Shown here: in pieces, positions 29,101-37,907 of the stretch
Layout of the letters: each line of letters begins with the position of its first letter
How positions within the stretch are numbered: position 1 is the stretch's first letter
IMG/VR virus record: IMGVR_UViG_3300025021_000154
Location: 1-64,000 of that record
Source of the DNA: a virus
Lineage: Duplodnaviria > Caudoviricetes
Direction: 5' to 3' (one strand)
DNA length: 64,000 nucleotides
Translations under genes and position numbers: made by a program
The notes under the pieces: model-generated
What the model was told of the DNA's origin: nothing
Database searches by the model: none
Seen by the model: the letters and a program-made list of their open reading frames with translations, nothing else

Positions 29101-30764
29101 AGGAAGCCCGCAAACTCGGCTGGCAAGGCAAGACATTGCCCTTCGACAGCGGCGACGTGGAGGATCAGAACGCGCTGATTTTCACCGAAACCTTCAAAGG
29201 GAAAAAGCGCACCGTGGTCAAGATGAAGATCCGGCCGGACACCGACCGCCGCATCGACGAGCTGCTGCGCAAGTACGTGCAGACCACTGCCGGAGAAAAG
29301 GGGCAACCGCTAAACGAAGACAACTTTTTCGAGACCGTTCTGGACGCCGTCAAGAACGTCAATTTCCACGTCGGTGACGGCAAGTACAACCGGACCAAGA
29401 TCGACAAGGCCCTGCGCCTGCGCAAGAAACTCGAGGCCCTGCAAAAAAGCGCCGATCCCAAGGTCAAAGAAATGGCGGACCACTATCTGAAATGGGTCAA
29501 GGAGATCGAGGAGTCCGTCGATTGGGACCGGGCCACCAACGGTGTTTTCGAGCAGTACCTGCCCAAGCTCGACGCACAGAAACCCAAGGAGAAACCGCCG
29601 TTCAAGGTGGAACGCGGCAAGGTGACCCACGCCAAGCGTAAGATCGGTTCCGGCACCATCAGCGTCGAGGCCGACGACGTCGACAACCGGACCCTGTTCA
29701 ATCACAACTCCCGCATGCAGGACGGGCATCAGTACACCGTGACTTTCGAGGACGGCACCCGAGTCCGCTATCGGCCTTGGACTGACACCAACCTTTACGC
29801 CCAGCGCGGCGAGCTGGAAATGATCCTGGATGGCGACACCACCCCCGGACGGGTCGAGGCCATGTTGGAAAAGCTCGAACAGCTCGGGATCGATACCCGG
29901 GTGGCCACGGCGGAAAACGCCGAACAGATGTATCTGGAGAAGCTCGCCTACATCCGCAAGACCGACAAGAGCGCCGACTACAAACGGCTGCAGAAATCCC
30001 TCGACGACCGCAACGCCACCACCCCCGAGCGGGTCCAGGCCCTGCGCGGCTATTGGCAAAAGGAATTTGGCGTCCAGGACATAACCCAGCTTTCCGGATA
30101 CAACCCGCTGGGCGAATACCAGGCAGGTTTTCTGGACCGCGACGCCAAGGGCGGGTACCGGCACCAGTTCCGATTCGATATCACCGAGGAAGATCTTGAA
30201 AAACAGATGAAAGGCTATTCGCTGGTCCACGACTTGACCAACGGCGAGAGCATGTCCGGCTTCATCGACTCGATCATGGAGAACAACGGAGCCATGGTCA
30301 GCACGGTCGAGAAGATGCGCATGGGTGTGGCTCCGGGTGGAATGTCCCCGGTGGCCGACATGCAGACCGGCGGCGCGAGCTATTTTTTCACCCGGATCAA
30401 GAAACAACCGGTCAGCGATGCTTCACCGGCGCTCTACTTCAAGAAACAGATGCTGCGGCGCATGGACGCCATCAGCTACGACCATGACGCCTACGGCAAG
30501 GTGATAGACGACTACGTGCAGCGCAACCGGGGGGCCAGCATCGACGACTGGAAGCGGTTCTCGCAACGCCATGGCAACGAGACCATCTTCAAATACTCGG
30601 TGACGCTGTTGGACAACATCGAGTTCGTCGTGGCCCGCAGCGACAACGAACGCCGGGAGATCATCCAGACTTTCACCCGGCGCGGCATCAAGAAACTATC
30701 TGACGGGCGCAAGGTGGAGGACATCGTCCATACCCCGCAAAGCTGGAGCAAACGCAAACAATGA
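26193..30764 (+). CDS. MuF/gp7-like minor head protein with large C-terminal extension (HeH repeats, PI3/4K-HipA-like kinase, possible ART)
   Basis: IARTE..RAHN..G, W..DERMCPVC...PAHPHCRC; 1523 aa from ATG 26193 overlapping the portal stop. Confidence 0.88.
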   Translation: MSSDLKQRIQAATLKSLTARNLYNDQITAQLTQALKQAEDEVARAILQYRSLGSLPDNKLAALKGLEKLQLELDDTMKRLKREQTLVYRKTTKDSFKLGIQQGIGEFADAALPFYADLKPEGIDKLATKVFTIVDTSALDFMAQYNLTLAGDVHRELSDGIKRTILNGIATGKGADDIVRDMGKVIIDKDSFRQAGSRVFSKAQYRMEMIARTEVLRAHNMGRLKFHERVGIQKLEWLAMEDERMCPVCGGLDGKTFPIDKFPQQPAHPHCRCTNVVAWPMTVCGSEMVAKAAAQASQGDACILPPHVLEGMADAQAKENAKLKSAFENGDITELGSLTVKQLQTLAKQNGVAIARTKADFIKLLDLAEPGIDHGDLAGAALSAKLKEHKIGLLRSKDELIELLGLKQAELKQAKLLAAQMAKIPPAEGLEGMTAQQLKEMAKENSISLNMTKQETIELLDKLEPGVDHSGLMGKELAAAKQKHGIGILKNKQQLVEALQKKAGTDMAESVKQKAVSDAKQKLIQKQKTALEDAAKAVVVPDSPTGYKDFLDTIAKAEQAVSVGTDLPQEMLAAHSKEIAFKKQLFQDQIGKLKSTELKTLAKETKVQYWQWANKDELTTLFTETDPGKIKAVQASIDAKHAAWAEKHGGKKKAAQAKPITPKKEPPSPVKPSEAKIGKKGAEFSDADSAWQQKGLPSKFKKSGKAAVGGAHEKEFWTDENGDKWLFKPNGRKDDEFIAFGEEAAYKIGRLIDPHAIEVRTIQLNGRIGSIQKWRTDLRDDFDFRNILPQDLTTIELEQIQREHVVDWLIANHDGHSKQFIRARDGRVHGIDKGQAFKFLGQDKLSLDYHPNGACGEEEPFYNKVFRAAKEGKVRVDPNATLRYIHEVEKIADEDYLGLLRPYAEGRFAKDPAGLRHFYDLALERKHNLRRDFEAYYADVLGDRGFRFDKLTAATGKKKLLSSAEEALVEEARKLGWQGKTLPFDSGDVEDQNALIFTETFKGKKRTVVKMKIRPDTDRRIDELLRKYVQTTAGEKGQPLNEDNFFETVLDAVKNVNFHVGDGKYNRTKIDKALRLRKKLEALQKSADPKVKEMADHYLKWVKEIEESVDWDRATNGVFEQYLPKLDAQKPKEKPPFKVERGKVTHAKRKIGSGTISVEADDVDNRTLFNHNSRMQDGHQYTVTFEDGTRVRYRPWTDTNLYAQRGELEMILDGDTTPGRVEAMLEKLEQLGIDTRVATAENAEQMYLEKLAYIRKTDKSADYKRLQKSLDDRNATTPERVQALRGYWQKEFGVQDITQLSGYNPLGEYQAGFLDRDAKGGYRHQFRFDITEEDLEKQMKGYSLVHDLTNGESMSGFIDSIMENNGAMVSTVEKMRMGVAPGGMSPVADMQTGGASYFFTRIKKQPVSDASPALYFKKQMLRRMDAISYDHDAYGKVIDDYVQRNRGASIDDWKRFSQRHGNETIFKYSVTLLDNIEFVVARSDNERREIIQTFTRRGIKKLSDGRKVEDIVHTPQSWSKRKQ

Positions 30765-31273
30765 CCATGAAGGACTTTATCGAACAGGAGAAAGGGCGGC
30801 TGCAGGAAGCGCTGCACTGGTTCAACAGCCGGGGCAGCCGCATGACTGTCAGGGAATCCGGGGATCTCTTTCTGGATACCCTGGTGGGCAGCTTCACCGT
30901 CACCCGGATCGGCCCCCATTTCGATTCCGCTGGCAACCACCTGCGCACCGATTTCTGGCTGTTGTGGAAGGCGCTGGGCTACGACGAGGGCTTTCAGCAC
31001 GCCCACACCGTCAAGGTCGTCGATGTCAGGATCGAAGACACCCTGACGGCCGAACATGACGGCAAGGAGGTCGAAGGCTGGCTGATTGTCGATCTGACCG
31101 ACGACCTGGGCCGGGTTCACCATGTCGAAATGATCGAGCCCGTTTCCGAACCCGAACTCGCGGCGGACTGGCAAAGATGGATCGCCTACCGGCAGAAAAA
31201 CGCCGAGAGATTCCGCCGGATCGACGACCAGCTTCTGGCCGAGCATCTCAGAATTGCGGAGGATTGGTCATGA
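30761..31273 (+). CDS. Hypothetical protein, candidate MuF immunity
   Basis: 170 aa, translationally coupled to MuF. Confidence 0.6.
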   Translation: MTMKDFIEQEKGRLQEALHWFNSRGSRMTVRESGDLFLDTLVGSFTVTRIGPHFDSAGNHLRTDFWLLWKALGYDEGFQHAHTVKVVDVRIEDTLTAEHDGKEVEGWLIVDLTDDLGRVHHVEMIEPVSEPELAADWQRWIAYRQKNAERFRRIDDQLLAEHLRIAEDWS

Positions 31274-31623
31274 AACTGCGCTACATGATCGACTCGATAT
31301 TGGTCGACCGGCGAGCCTCCGTTCCAGAATACGTGCCCGTGGGTGTATGGGTTCAGGGGCCGGGTCCCGGCCTGGATGTGGAGATGTACTACCTCGACCG
31401 GGGACCGGATGGGCTGGTCGACCGCAAGGACGAGGCCGCCTGGGTGGTCAACCGTCTGGTCGAGGCCGGGGCCACTTCGCTTCCGGCGGATTTTCTCGAA
31501 TACCACCGGCTGTCCCGCTCTCCCTACGACGGGGTCTTTTCGGAGATTGCCGAGATCGACGAATACCCCTCCCTCGACGCCTGCGGCAAAGCCGTTCTGG
31601 CCCGGCTGAACAACGCCATCTGA
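31270..31623 (+). CDS. Hypothetical protein, candidate MuF immunity
   Basis: 117 aa from ATG 31270 (ATGA overlap), acidic. Confidence 0.6.
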   Translation: MKLRYMIDSILVDRRASVPEYVPVGVWVQGPGPGLDVEMYYLDRGPDGLVDRKDEAAWVVNRLVEAGATSLPADFLEYHRLSRSPYDGVFSEIAEIDEYPSLDACGKAVLARLNNAI

Positions 31624-31638
31624 AATTCGCCGTCACCC

Positions 31639-31670
31639 TCCGACACATCGCCGACGCTTCCGGTAAGTAA
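31639..31670 (+). promoter_or_regulatory. Phage-sigma promoter motif copy 6 (head operon)
   Basis: TCCGAC-N14-TCCGGTAAGTAA. Confidence 0.78.
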
Positions 31671-31723
31671 CCGCTGAACGCTCCCCGCAGATCGCGGAGA
31701 GCCCAGCAAATTAACCGGAGACG

Positions 31724-34120
31724 TTGATGGAACTGTTCGCCACAGACCTGGAAAGGCTGGCGTTTCTACTGGAGGCCGATGCGGCGCTGACCTGCGATCC
31801 TGACGAGCTCGGGACGGAGGCCGCCGATCAGTCCGCTCCTGAAGAGCTTCCTCCCGAGAAGCGCCCCAAGTACATCACCAACTACATCGGTAGTAAGCAG
31901 AAACTCGTTGACTGGATCTGGAAGCATACCCCCGAGGGCGTTGGCACCGTGCTCGACGCCTTCTCGGGGTCTGCGGTCGTGGCCTACATGTACAAGACCA
32001 AGGGCCTCCAGGTCATCGCCAACGACCGGCTGCGCTACTGCCACCACGCCGCCAAGGCGATTATCGAGAACAACTCGGTTCGCCTGAGCGAGGACGAAAT
32101 CGAGGCGCTCCTGGCCGACAACGCCAAGGCTGGCAGCTTCGTTCAGGACAATTTCAAGGGGATCTTTTTTGCCAAGGGCGTCCATGCGCTGATCGATACG
32201 ATCCGCGCCAACTGCGACAAACTCTCCGGCATCAAAAAAGACATCGCCCTGTTTGGCCTGGGCAAGACCTGCATGAGCGGCAAAGGTGGTTTCGGTCATT
32301 TTTCATCCTCAACCGACTACGGTCGACGCAAGGACACGCCAGAGGAATTCAAAGACCGTTTGCGCAAGAACCTGCAACGCATCAATGCGCTGGTCTTCGA
32401 CAACGGCAAGGAGAACAAGGCCCACCGCCAAGACATCAACGATCTGCTGCCCAAGGCCAAGGCGGATCTGGCCTATTTCGACCCGCCTTACGCCACCGAA
32501 TTTTCCACCACCAATTACGAGCGAGCCTACCACTTCGTGGAGGGGCTCATGACCTATTGGGACGGCCTCGAGATCAAGGCCGACACCAAGGTCAAGTATT
32601 ACGAGACCGACCACAAGACGGTCACCAAGGGTAATGCCAGCGAGTTTTTCCAGACCTTTCTCGGCAATGCCAAGCACATCCGACACTGGCTGATCTCCTA
32701 CCGCGATCACGCTTATCCGAATGAGCAGGAGATGAAGAAAATCATCAGTTCATTCGGCAAGCAAAGCCAGATGAAATCGAAAGATCACCATTACGCGATC
32801 ACCTCCAGGCACGGAGATGCCTCCAACGCCAAGGAACGGCTGTTCGTCTGCATCCCTGGCTCAACAGCCAAAGCGGAGCAAGAGATGAAACCGGTGCCGC
32901 TGGCCGCTGCTGCGAATTTCCACACCAGCATCCCCGTGGACATCCGGCTGGGCGACAGCGAACGCCTCACTGCCGAAGCCATGGATGTCGGGGCACCGGG
33001 CGACCCCCAGTTCAGTTTCGTGCTCTGCCGTACCGGCACCAACAAGAACGGCGACCACTTCACCGCCGAGGAGTTGTCCGGTCGGCACATGACGGCCGTG
33101 AACAAGAAGGTCGATCTGCAGCACTCTCAGGAGTTCAACGACATCGTCGGTGGCGTCGTCGCCGCCGATTATCTGGAAGACGACAACGGCGGCCGGGTCG
33201 AATGCGTCGGCGAACTGTACGTCCACGACACACCGGCGGCTCGACTCGCCTACAAGCTGATGAAGCGCGGGATCATCTCCCAGGTTTCCATGGAATGTGA
33301 TTACCAGGAAGGCGAATGCTCGGTCTGCCACAAGCGCTTTCAAAACAAGGCCGACTACTGCACGCACCTGCGCAAGTTCAAGGGCCGTGATTTCAACGGC
33401 CAACCCGTCTTCGAAATACTGCAGGGTGTCACTTTCACGGGACTGGGCCTGCTCGACCGCAAGGGTGCGGACGAGAACGCCCGAATTCTGCAGGTGGCAT
33501 CGATTCAGAGCCAACCCGACCAATCCCAACCCGAAGGAGATTCCACGATGGAAGACAAAACCAAACCCAACGATGACCCGGCCGCCAAGACTGAATCAGA
33601 CGCGGCCAAGAAGAAACCGGCCCAGCAGGAAGGCGATCCTGCCCGTGTTTCCGACCTGGAAAAGGAAAACCGGCAGCTCAAGGCCCAGGTGGCCGAGTTG
33701 CAGAAACGCGTCCAGGAACTGGAAGCTGAGCAAAAAGCCGCAGCCTGCCGTTCCCGGGCGAAGAAGCTCCTGACCCGTCTGGAGAAGCAGGGACTCTCCT
33801 TTGCCTCCGAAGTGGACCGTGACGCCGAACTCAAACGCCTGGCGGAACTGTCCGACGAAGCCTTCACCGCCACCGAGGCGGCCTACGAGCGTCTGCCCAA
33901 ATCGGCCAAGGAAGAGAAACTCGCAGCCAATGACCAGGGGGACAAGCCCGCCGCCAAGGCATCGACGGAACAACCGCTGCGCAGCGACGCCGGTGTCCGA
34001 CCCCACGATGTGGACGACCGCAAGGTGTCGCTCGAAGACCGTCTGCGCGACGGGTTCATGGCCGCTTACCGCAACCGTGTCGGCGAGGACTCTCCCGAAC
34101 ACTCGGAAATCAACGCATAA
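31724..34120 (+). CDS. D12/Dam-class N6-adenine DNA methyltransferase fused to prohead protease and scaffold
   Basis: NYIGSKQKL, DAFSGSAVV, FDPPY; then NKNGD, DLQH, VSME, CSVC..CTH, FTGLGLL protease motifs; then coiled coil; occupies the protease slot before the capsid gene (start TTG 31724 or ATG 31727). Confidence 0.85.
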   Translation: MMELFATDLERLAFLLEADAALTCDPDELGTEAADQSAPEELPPEKRPKYITNYIGSKQKLVDWIWKHTPEGVGTVLDAFSGSAVVAYMYKTKGLQVIANDRLRYCHHAAKAIIENNSVRLSEDEIEALLADNAKAGSFVQDNFKGIFFAKGVHALIDTIRANCDKLSGIKKDIALFGLGKTCMSGKGGFGHFSSSTDYGRRKDTPEEFKDRLRKNLQRINALVFDNGKENKAHRQDINDLLPKAKADLAYFDPPYATEFSTTNYERAYHFVEGLMTYWDGLEIKADTKVKYYETDHKTVTKGNASEFFQTFLGNAKHIRHWLISYRDHAYPNEQEMKKIISSFGKQSQMKSKDHHYAITSRHGDASNAKERLFVCIPGSTAKAEQEMKPVPLAAAANFHTSIPVDIRLGDSERLTAEAMDVGAPGDPQFSFVLCRTGTNKNGDHFTAEELSGRHMTAVNKKVDLQHSQEFNDIVGGVVAADYLEDDNGGRVECVGELYVHDTPAARLAYKLMKRGIISQVSMECDYQEGECSVCHKRFQNKADYCTHLRKFKGRDFNGQPVFEILQGVTFTGLGLLDRKGADENARILQVASIQSQPDQSQPEGDSTMEDKTKPNDDPAAKTESDAAKKKPAQQEGDPARVSDLEKENRQLKAQVAELQKRVQELEAEQKAAACRSRAKKLLTRLEKQGLSFASEVDRDAELKRLAELSDEAFTATEAAYERLPKSAKEEKLAANDQGDKPAAKASTEQPLRSDAGVRPHDVDDRKVSLEDRLRDGFMAAYRNRVGEDSPEHSEINA

Positions 34121-34132
34121 GGAGGAAACACC

Positions 34133-34495
34133 ATGTCATTTATCAATCCGTGTCACCGCAGCCTCGCCTATGGCGACGGCCACATCCAGGGCGACGGCCA
34201 GCTCGGCCAGGTAGTCCGCGTGGTCGGCAACGACCTGTTCGCCGTCAACACTGACCCCACCAAACGCTCCTTCGGCATCCTGATCAAGGACTACGCCGGT
34301 GGCGAGATGCCCGGCATCTACTGCGACGGCGGCGTTTACGAGACCGATGTCTTCGAAGGGACTATCGTCGCAGGGGATGACCTGAAAGTCTCCGCCAACG
34401 GTCGACTGACCAACGGTATCGCTGCGGGAGAACGCCAGGTCGCCCATGCCATCTCCGTACAGAGCGGCATTCTCAAATTCCGCCTGTTCGTCTAA
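34133..34495 (+). CDS. Capsid decoration/cement protein
   Basis: Gly-rich 120 aa (GDDLKVSANGRL) between scaffold and capsid genes. Confidence 0.7.
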   Translation: MSFINPCHRSLAYGDGHIQGDGQLGQVVRVVGNDLFAVNTDPTKRSFGILIKDYAGGEMPGIYCDGGVYETDVFEGTIVAGDDLKVSANGRLTNGIAAGERQVAHAISVQSGILKFRLFV

Positions 34496-34513
34496 TCCAA
34501 GGAGCCAACGCAC

Positions 34514-35377
34514 ATGAAAACCAATCAGTTGAAGATTCATTCTCAGGAATACATGGAAACCATGGCGCGGCTCATGAGCGAGGCTCTCGAGTCGCCCGAA
34601 GGTATGCGGGCATTGGCCGCCGCCATTGCCGCGCCTATCGAACAGGAAATCAAGCGCAAGGAGATCTCCTCGCTGTTGCTCACCAAGCACACGCTGCCCA
34701 AGGGCGAACGCCCGGTCTACCAGAAAAAACCGACCGTCAAGGCCCACTGGATCAGCAAGGATGGCGACGCCCAGGAACAGGAGGTGGGCAAGGACGAGGT
34801 CGAGTTCCCCACCAACCGCATCCACTCCAATCCGATGGTGGATGTTTCCGTCCTCAAAAATGGCAACATCGGCACGCTGATGGACATCCAGACCAGCGCC
34901 GCCGACGCCATTCGTAAGGAGATGGATCGGCGCACCATTTCGGTGCTGTCCTCGGCCATCCCGGCGTCCAACATCATCGAGGTCGCCGGTGACGTGCTCA
35001 CCGAAGAGGCGCTAAACGAGGCCATCTCGATCATCGAGGACCTGGAGCTGTCGGTGAAGTACATCGTCATGCGCGGCCGCCGGTTCAACGACATGCGCGG
35101 TTGGAACCTCGATCCCCAGACCAAGCTCGAGCTGCGCCAGAAGGGTGTCATCAAGAACTACGGCACCGGCGGCATTCTGCTGACCGCCTCCATGCCGTTG
35201 GACGAGATCATCATCGTCCCGGATGAAGAGGTCGGCAAGATGCCGGTTCGCGAGAACCTGAAGACGGAGTCCATCGACCAGAAGACCCGCTTCAAAACCG
35301 GCTGGCTGGTGTGGTCCGAGATCGGCCAGGGCATTACCCGCCCCGACATCATGGCCAAAATCAAACTGGTTCCGTAA
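34514..35377 (+). CDS. Major capsid protein (HK97 fold)
   Basis: Position, 287 aa, ADAIRKEMDRR pattern, beta-rich C-terminus. Confidence 0.8.
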   Translation: MKTNQLKIHSQEYMETMARLMSEALESPEGMRALAAAIAAPIEQEIKRKEISSLLLTKHTLPKGERPVYQKKPTVKAHWISKDGDAQEQEVGKDEVEFPTNRIHSNPMVDVSVLKNGNIGTLMDIQTSAADAIRKEMDRRTISVLSSAIPASNIIEVAGDVLTEEALNEAISIIEDLELSVKYIVMRGRRFNDMRGWNLDPQTKLELRQKGVIKNYGTGGILLTASMPLDEIIIVPDEEVGKMPVRENLKTESIDQKTRFKTGWLVWSEIGQGITRPDIMAKIKLVP

Positions 35378-35395
35378 TCCGGGAGGTAACGTGAC

Positions 35396-35755
35396 ATGAA
35401 TCGAATCAAGAACATCCGACCCGGTATCCTGGTCATTCCTGATGCCGGGCTGAAACTCAAGCCCGGACAGGTCGTCGAGGTGGAACATTTTACCAAACAA
35501 ATCCAGGCTGCCCTGAAAAACGGACGCCTGGCCATGGCCGACAAACCGAAGCAGGAACCTGTCGTGAGTTCCGAGCCCAACCAGGACGCGGAACCGGTGG
35601 ATCTGAGCAAGCTCTCCGCCACCGACGCCATCTCCAAGGTCAACGAGGAGGCCAATCCCGAGACCCTCAAGGGCTACATGGAAACCGAAAAACGCCGCAC
35701 GGTGATCGACGCGCTCAAGAGCCGTCTGGAGGGCATGCAAGGTGCTGCTGAGTGA
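35396..35755 (+). CDS. Hypothetical head-associated protein
   Basis: Follows the capsid gene; C-terminal LSATDAI...ETEKRRTVIDAL helical motif. Confidence 0.6.
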   Translation: MNRIKNIRPGILVIPDAGLKLKPGQVVEVEHFTKQIQAALKNGRLAMADKPKQEPVVSSEPNQDAEPVDLSKLSATDAISKVNEEANPETLKGYMETEKRRTVIDALKSRLEGMQGAAE

Positions 35756-36206
35756 TCTGATCGCCGACCTGCGGCTCGATCTTTCCGATCCGGGCGCATC
35801 TCTCTTCGAGGACCAGACTCTGGATAGATGCGTCCGGAAGGCCGTTTTTCGAGTCGGCCGCGATCTTGACCAAACGCTGACGGTAACGGCCGGAGAGATC
35901 ATCCCCGATCCCTCCGGAGAGGTTCGGGAGCTCTTGGTGATCATGGCACAGATCCACGCCTGCCAGGTCATGCGGTCGGCCACCGCCAACGCCTTTTCTT
36001 TTTCCAGCGGCGACAAGCGGGTGGACAAAACCGGCCAGCCTGGCCATTGGGCCAAGCTCGAGGCCGATCTGCTCGCGGACTACCGCCAGCGGCTCACCGA
36101 GTTGCGCCCGGCCACCCAGCTCGACCGGGAAGCCTACATCCTGACTCCGGGCGGCCTCACGCCGGTCATCTACGAACAAGGGATCGACCTCGATGTTGTT
36201 GAATGA
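35742..36206 (+). CDS. Head-tail adaptor
   Basis: DLIADLRLDLSD start, FSFSSGDKRVD; position. Confidence 0.65.
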   Translation: MLLSDLIADLRLDLSDPGASLFEDQTLDRCVRKAVFRVGRDLDQTLTVTAGEIIPDPSGEVRELLVIMAQIHACQVMRSATANAFSFSSGDKRVDKTGQPGHWAKLEADLLADYRQRLTELRPATQLDREAYILTPGGLTPVIYEQGIDLDVVE

Positions 36207-36552
36207 CCGGGAACGCGCAGAAGCCGTGGCCGACGTCGCCCGGCTGATCCTCTCCTCGGGTCAGACCGCACGCATCCTGCGCGTAGTCCCCGGCGAGCGG
36301 CTCTACGGTACCGACGATGCCGATTACGCGGAAGTCTCTGTCATCCCCCTCGAACTGAACGAAACCCCGCCGGAGGAGCTGAGCGACAAGATCGACGCGC
36401 TCGCCTGTGTCCTTCCGGATGCCGACGTTCATGGTGAAGACCGCCTGGCCGCAGACAGGGAAACCTATCGCATACAGAGCGTGGAAGAAGAACACTTCTT
36501 CGGGACCGTCACTCACAAGAACCTGCAACTGGTGAAGCTCAATGGGCGTTAG
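36193..36552 (+). CDS. Head closure protein
   Basis: Position, size, beta-rich YRIQSVE. Confidence 0.55.
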   Translation: MLLNDRERAEAVADVARLILSSGQTARILRVVPGERLYGTDDADYAEVSVIPLELNETPPEELSDKIDALACVLPDADVHGEDRLAADRETYRIQSVEEEHFFGTVTHKNLQLVKLNGR

Positions 36553-37027
36553 GCGGACCGGTGATTGGGACAAGGCCCGCACCAAGCTGACCACCGGCAT
36601 GGGGCCGCGCCTGGCCACGGCTCTGCGTCAAGCCACGATCCGCAACGCCCTTTTTCTGGTGCGTGAGATCCAGCGGGGGATTCGCTCCCAGGCCCCGGGA
36701 GGACAGGCTTTCGTGAAACTCGCCGAAAGCACCATCGAGCGCAAAGGCTCCAGCAAGGCGCTCATCGACACCGGCTTTCTCGTCAACGCCATCACCCAGA
36801 AGATCATGGCCGACAAGGCGTTCGTCGGCCTGCTGCGCGGCACCGTCAACAAGGACGGGGAAGACATGGTGAACATCGGTGCCGTCATGGAGTACGGGGC
36901 CACCATCAAACATCCGAACGGCGCGACCATCATCATCCCCGCCAGACCCTTTCTGCATCCGGTGATGGAGAAGTACCGCGAGCAGATCCTCCAGAACTAT
37001 CGCGAGGCGATCCGCTCCGCGCTTTGA
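36542..37027 (+). CDS. Neck/tail completion protein (Mu gpG-like)
   Basis: LAESTIERKG..ALIDTGFL, EYGA, IPARPFL. Confidence 0.8.
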   Translation: MGVRRTGDWDKARTKLTTGMGPRLATALRQATIRNALFLVREIQRGIRSQAPGGQAFVKLAESTIERKGSSKALIDTGFLVNAITQKIMADKAFVGLLRGTVNKDGEDMVNIGAVMEYGATIKHPNGATIIIPARPFLHPVMEKYREQILQNYREAIRSAL

Positions 37028-37030
37028 GCC

Positions 37031-37062
37031 TCCGACACATCGCCAGCGCTTCCGGTAAGTAA
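37031..37062 (+). promoter_or_regulatory. Phage-sigma promoter motif copy 7 (tail operon)
   Basis: TCCGAC-N14-TCCGGTAAGTAA. Confidence 0.78.
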
Positions 37063-37086
37063 CCAGGCAGAAAACGGAGGCGTCCC

Positions 37087-37635
37087 TTGAGCACGATACA
37101 GACCGTCACAGAAACACTGATCCGCCTGGCCAAGCAGGTCATCCACCCGGACACCGTGCTGGTGTTCCCGGATGACCTGTTCGAGGTCCAGCGCACCCCC
37201 AGCGTCATCCTCCAGGGGCCGAAGCTGACGGAAGACCGTTTTCGCCGCAGCCAGAGCCGCCTGTTCGAGAAGAATGTCGCGGAGCTGAGTTTCGAGGAGT
37301 GTCGATTTCCCCGGCTCTATCACCTCGATTTCGATCTGGTGGTGACCGTGGGCCGGGAGTCTGAGCTGCTGGAGTTTCACGAGTCGGTGTCGCGGTTTAT
37401 CCAACTCCACCCGGTGATCGTCATCGCCGACCAGGGCAGCCTGAACCTCACGGAACTGGTTCCTCTGGGCGGTCTGGCCCGGGTGAACCTCTCCAATCTC
37501 CGGCAGAGCTCCGGACGCATCCGCATCGAATCCTGCCCGGTGTACGACGGCGACCTGCGCGACGGTCAGCTGATCCGGGATCGGACCTTCCAGTTTCACG
37601 GCGACGTGACAGAACAACGAACCATTCAACCGTAA
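37087..37635 (+). CDS. Tail terminator-like protein
   Basis: Position upstream of the sheath gene; TTG start with GGAGG. Confidence 0.6.
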   Translation: MSTIQTVTETLIRLAKQVIHPDTVLVFPDDLFEVQRTPSVILQGPKLTEDRFRRSQSRLFEKNVAELSFEECRFPRLYHLDFDLVVTVGRESELLEFHESVSRFIQLHPVIVIADQGSLNLTELVPLGGLARVNLSNLRQSSGRIRIESCPVYDGDLRDGQLIRDRTFQFHGDVTEQRTIQP

Positions 37636-37647
37636 AGGAGAACAACC

Positions 37648-37905
37648 GTGATCGAAATCAGAAATCTGCAGTTTCAACCCCTGACGTTCAACCTCTCTGG
37701 CCAGGGAACCGTCCACCTCGGACCGCGAGAGCGCAAGAGCATCGCCCGCAAGGACCTCTCCGCCGAGATCCGGACAGCCGGAAAACGCGGCCTGGTGCGT
37801 CTCACCGACCTGACCGGCGGCGCAACCCTGGAACCGGAAACGCTCACGGCGACCGAGGACGCCGGAACCGATGAGGCCAAGACCACCAGCAAGCGGAGGA
37901 AATAA
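37648..37905 (+). CDS. Hypothetical tail-region protein
   Basis: 85 aa, AAGGAG RBS. Confidence 0.6.
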   Translation: MIEIRNLQFQPLTFNLSGQGTVHLGPRERKSIARKDLSAEIRTAGKRGLVRLTDLTGGATLEPETLTATEDAGTDEAKTTSKRRK

Positions 37906-37907
37906 CC

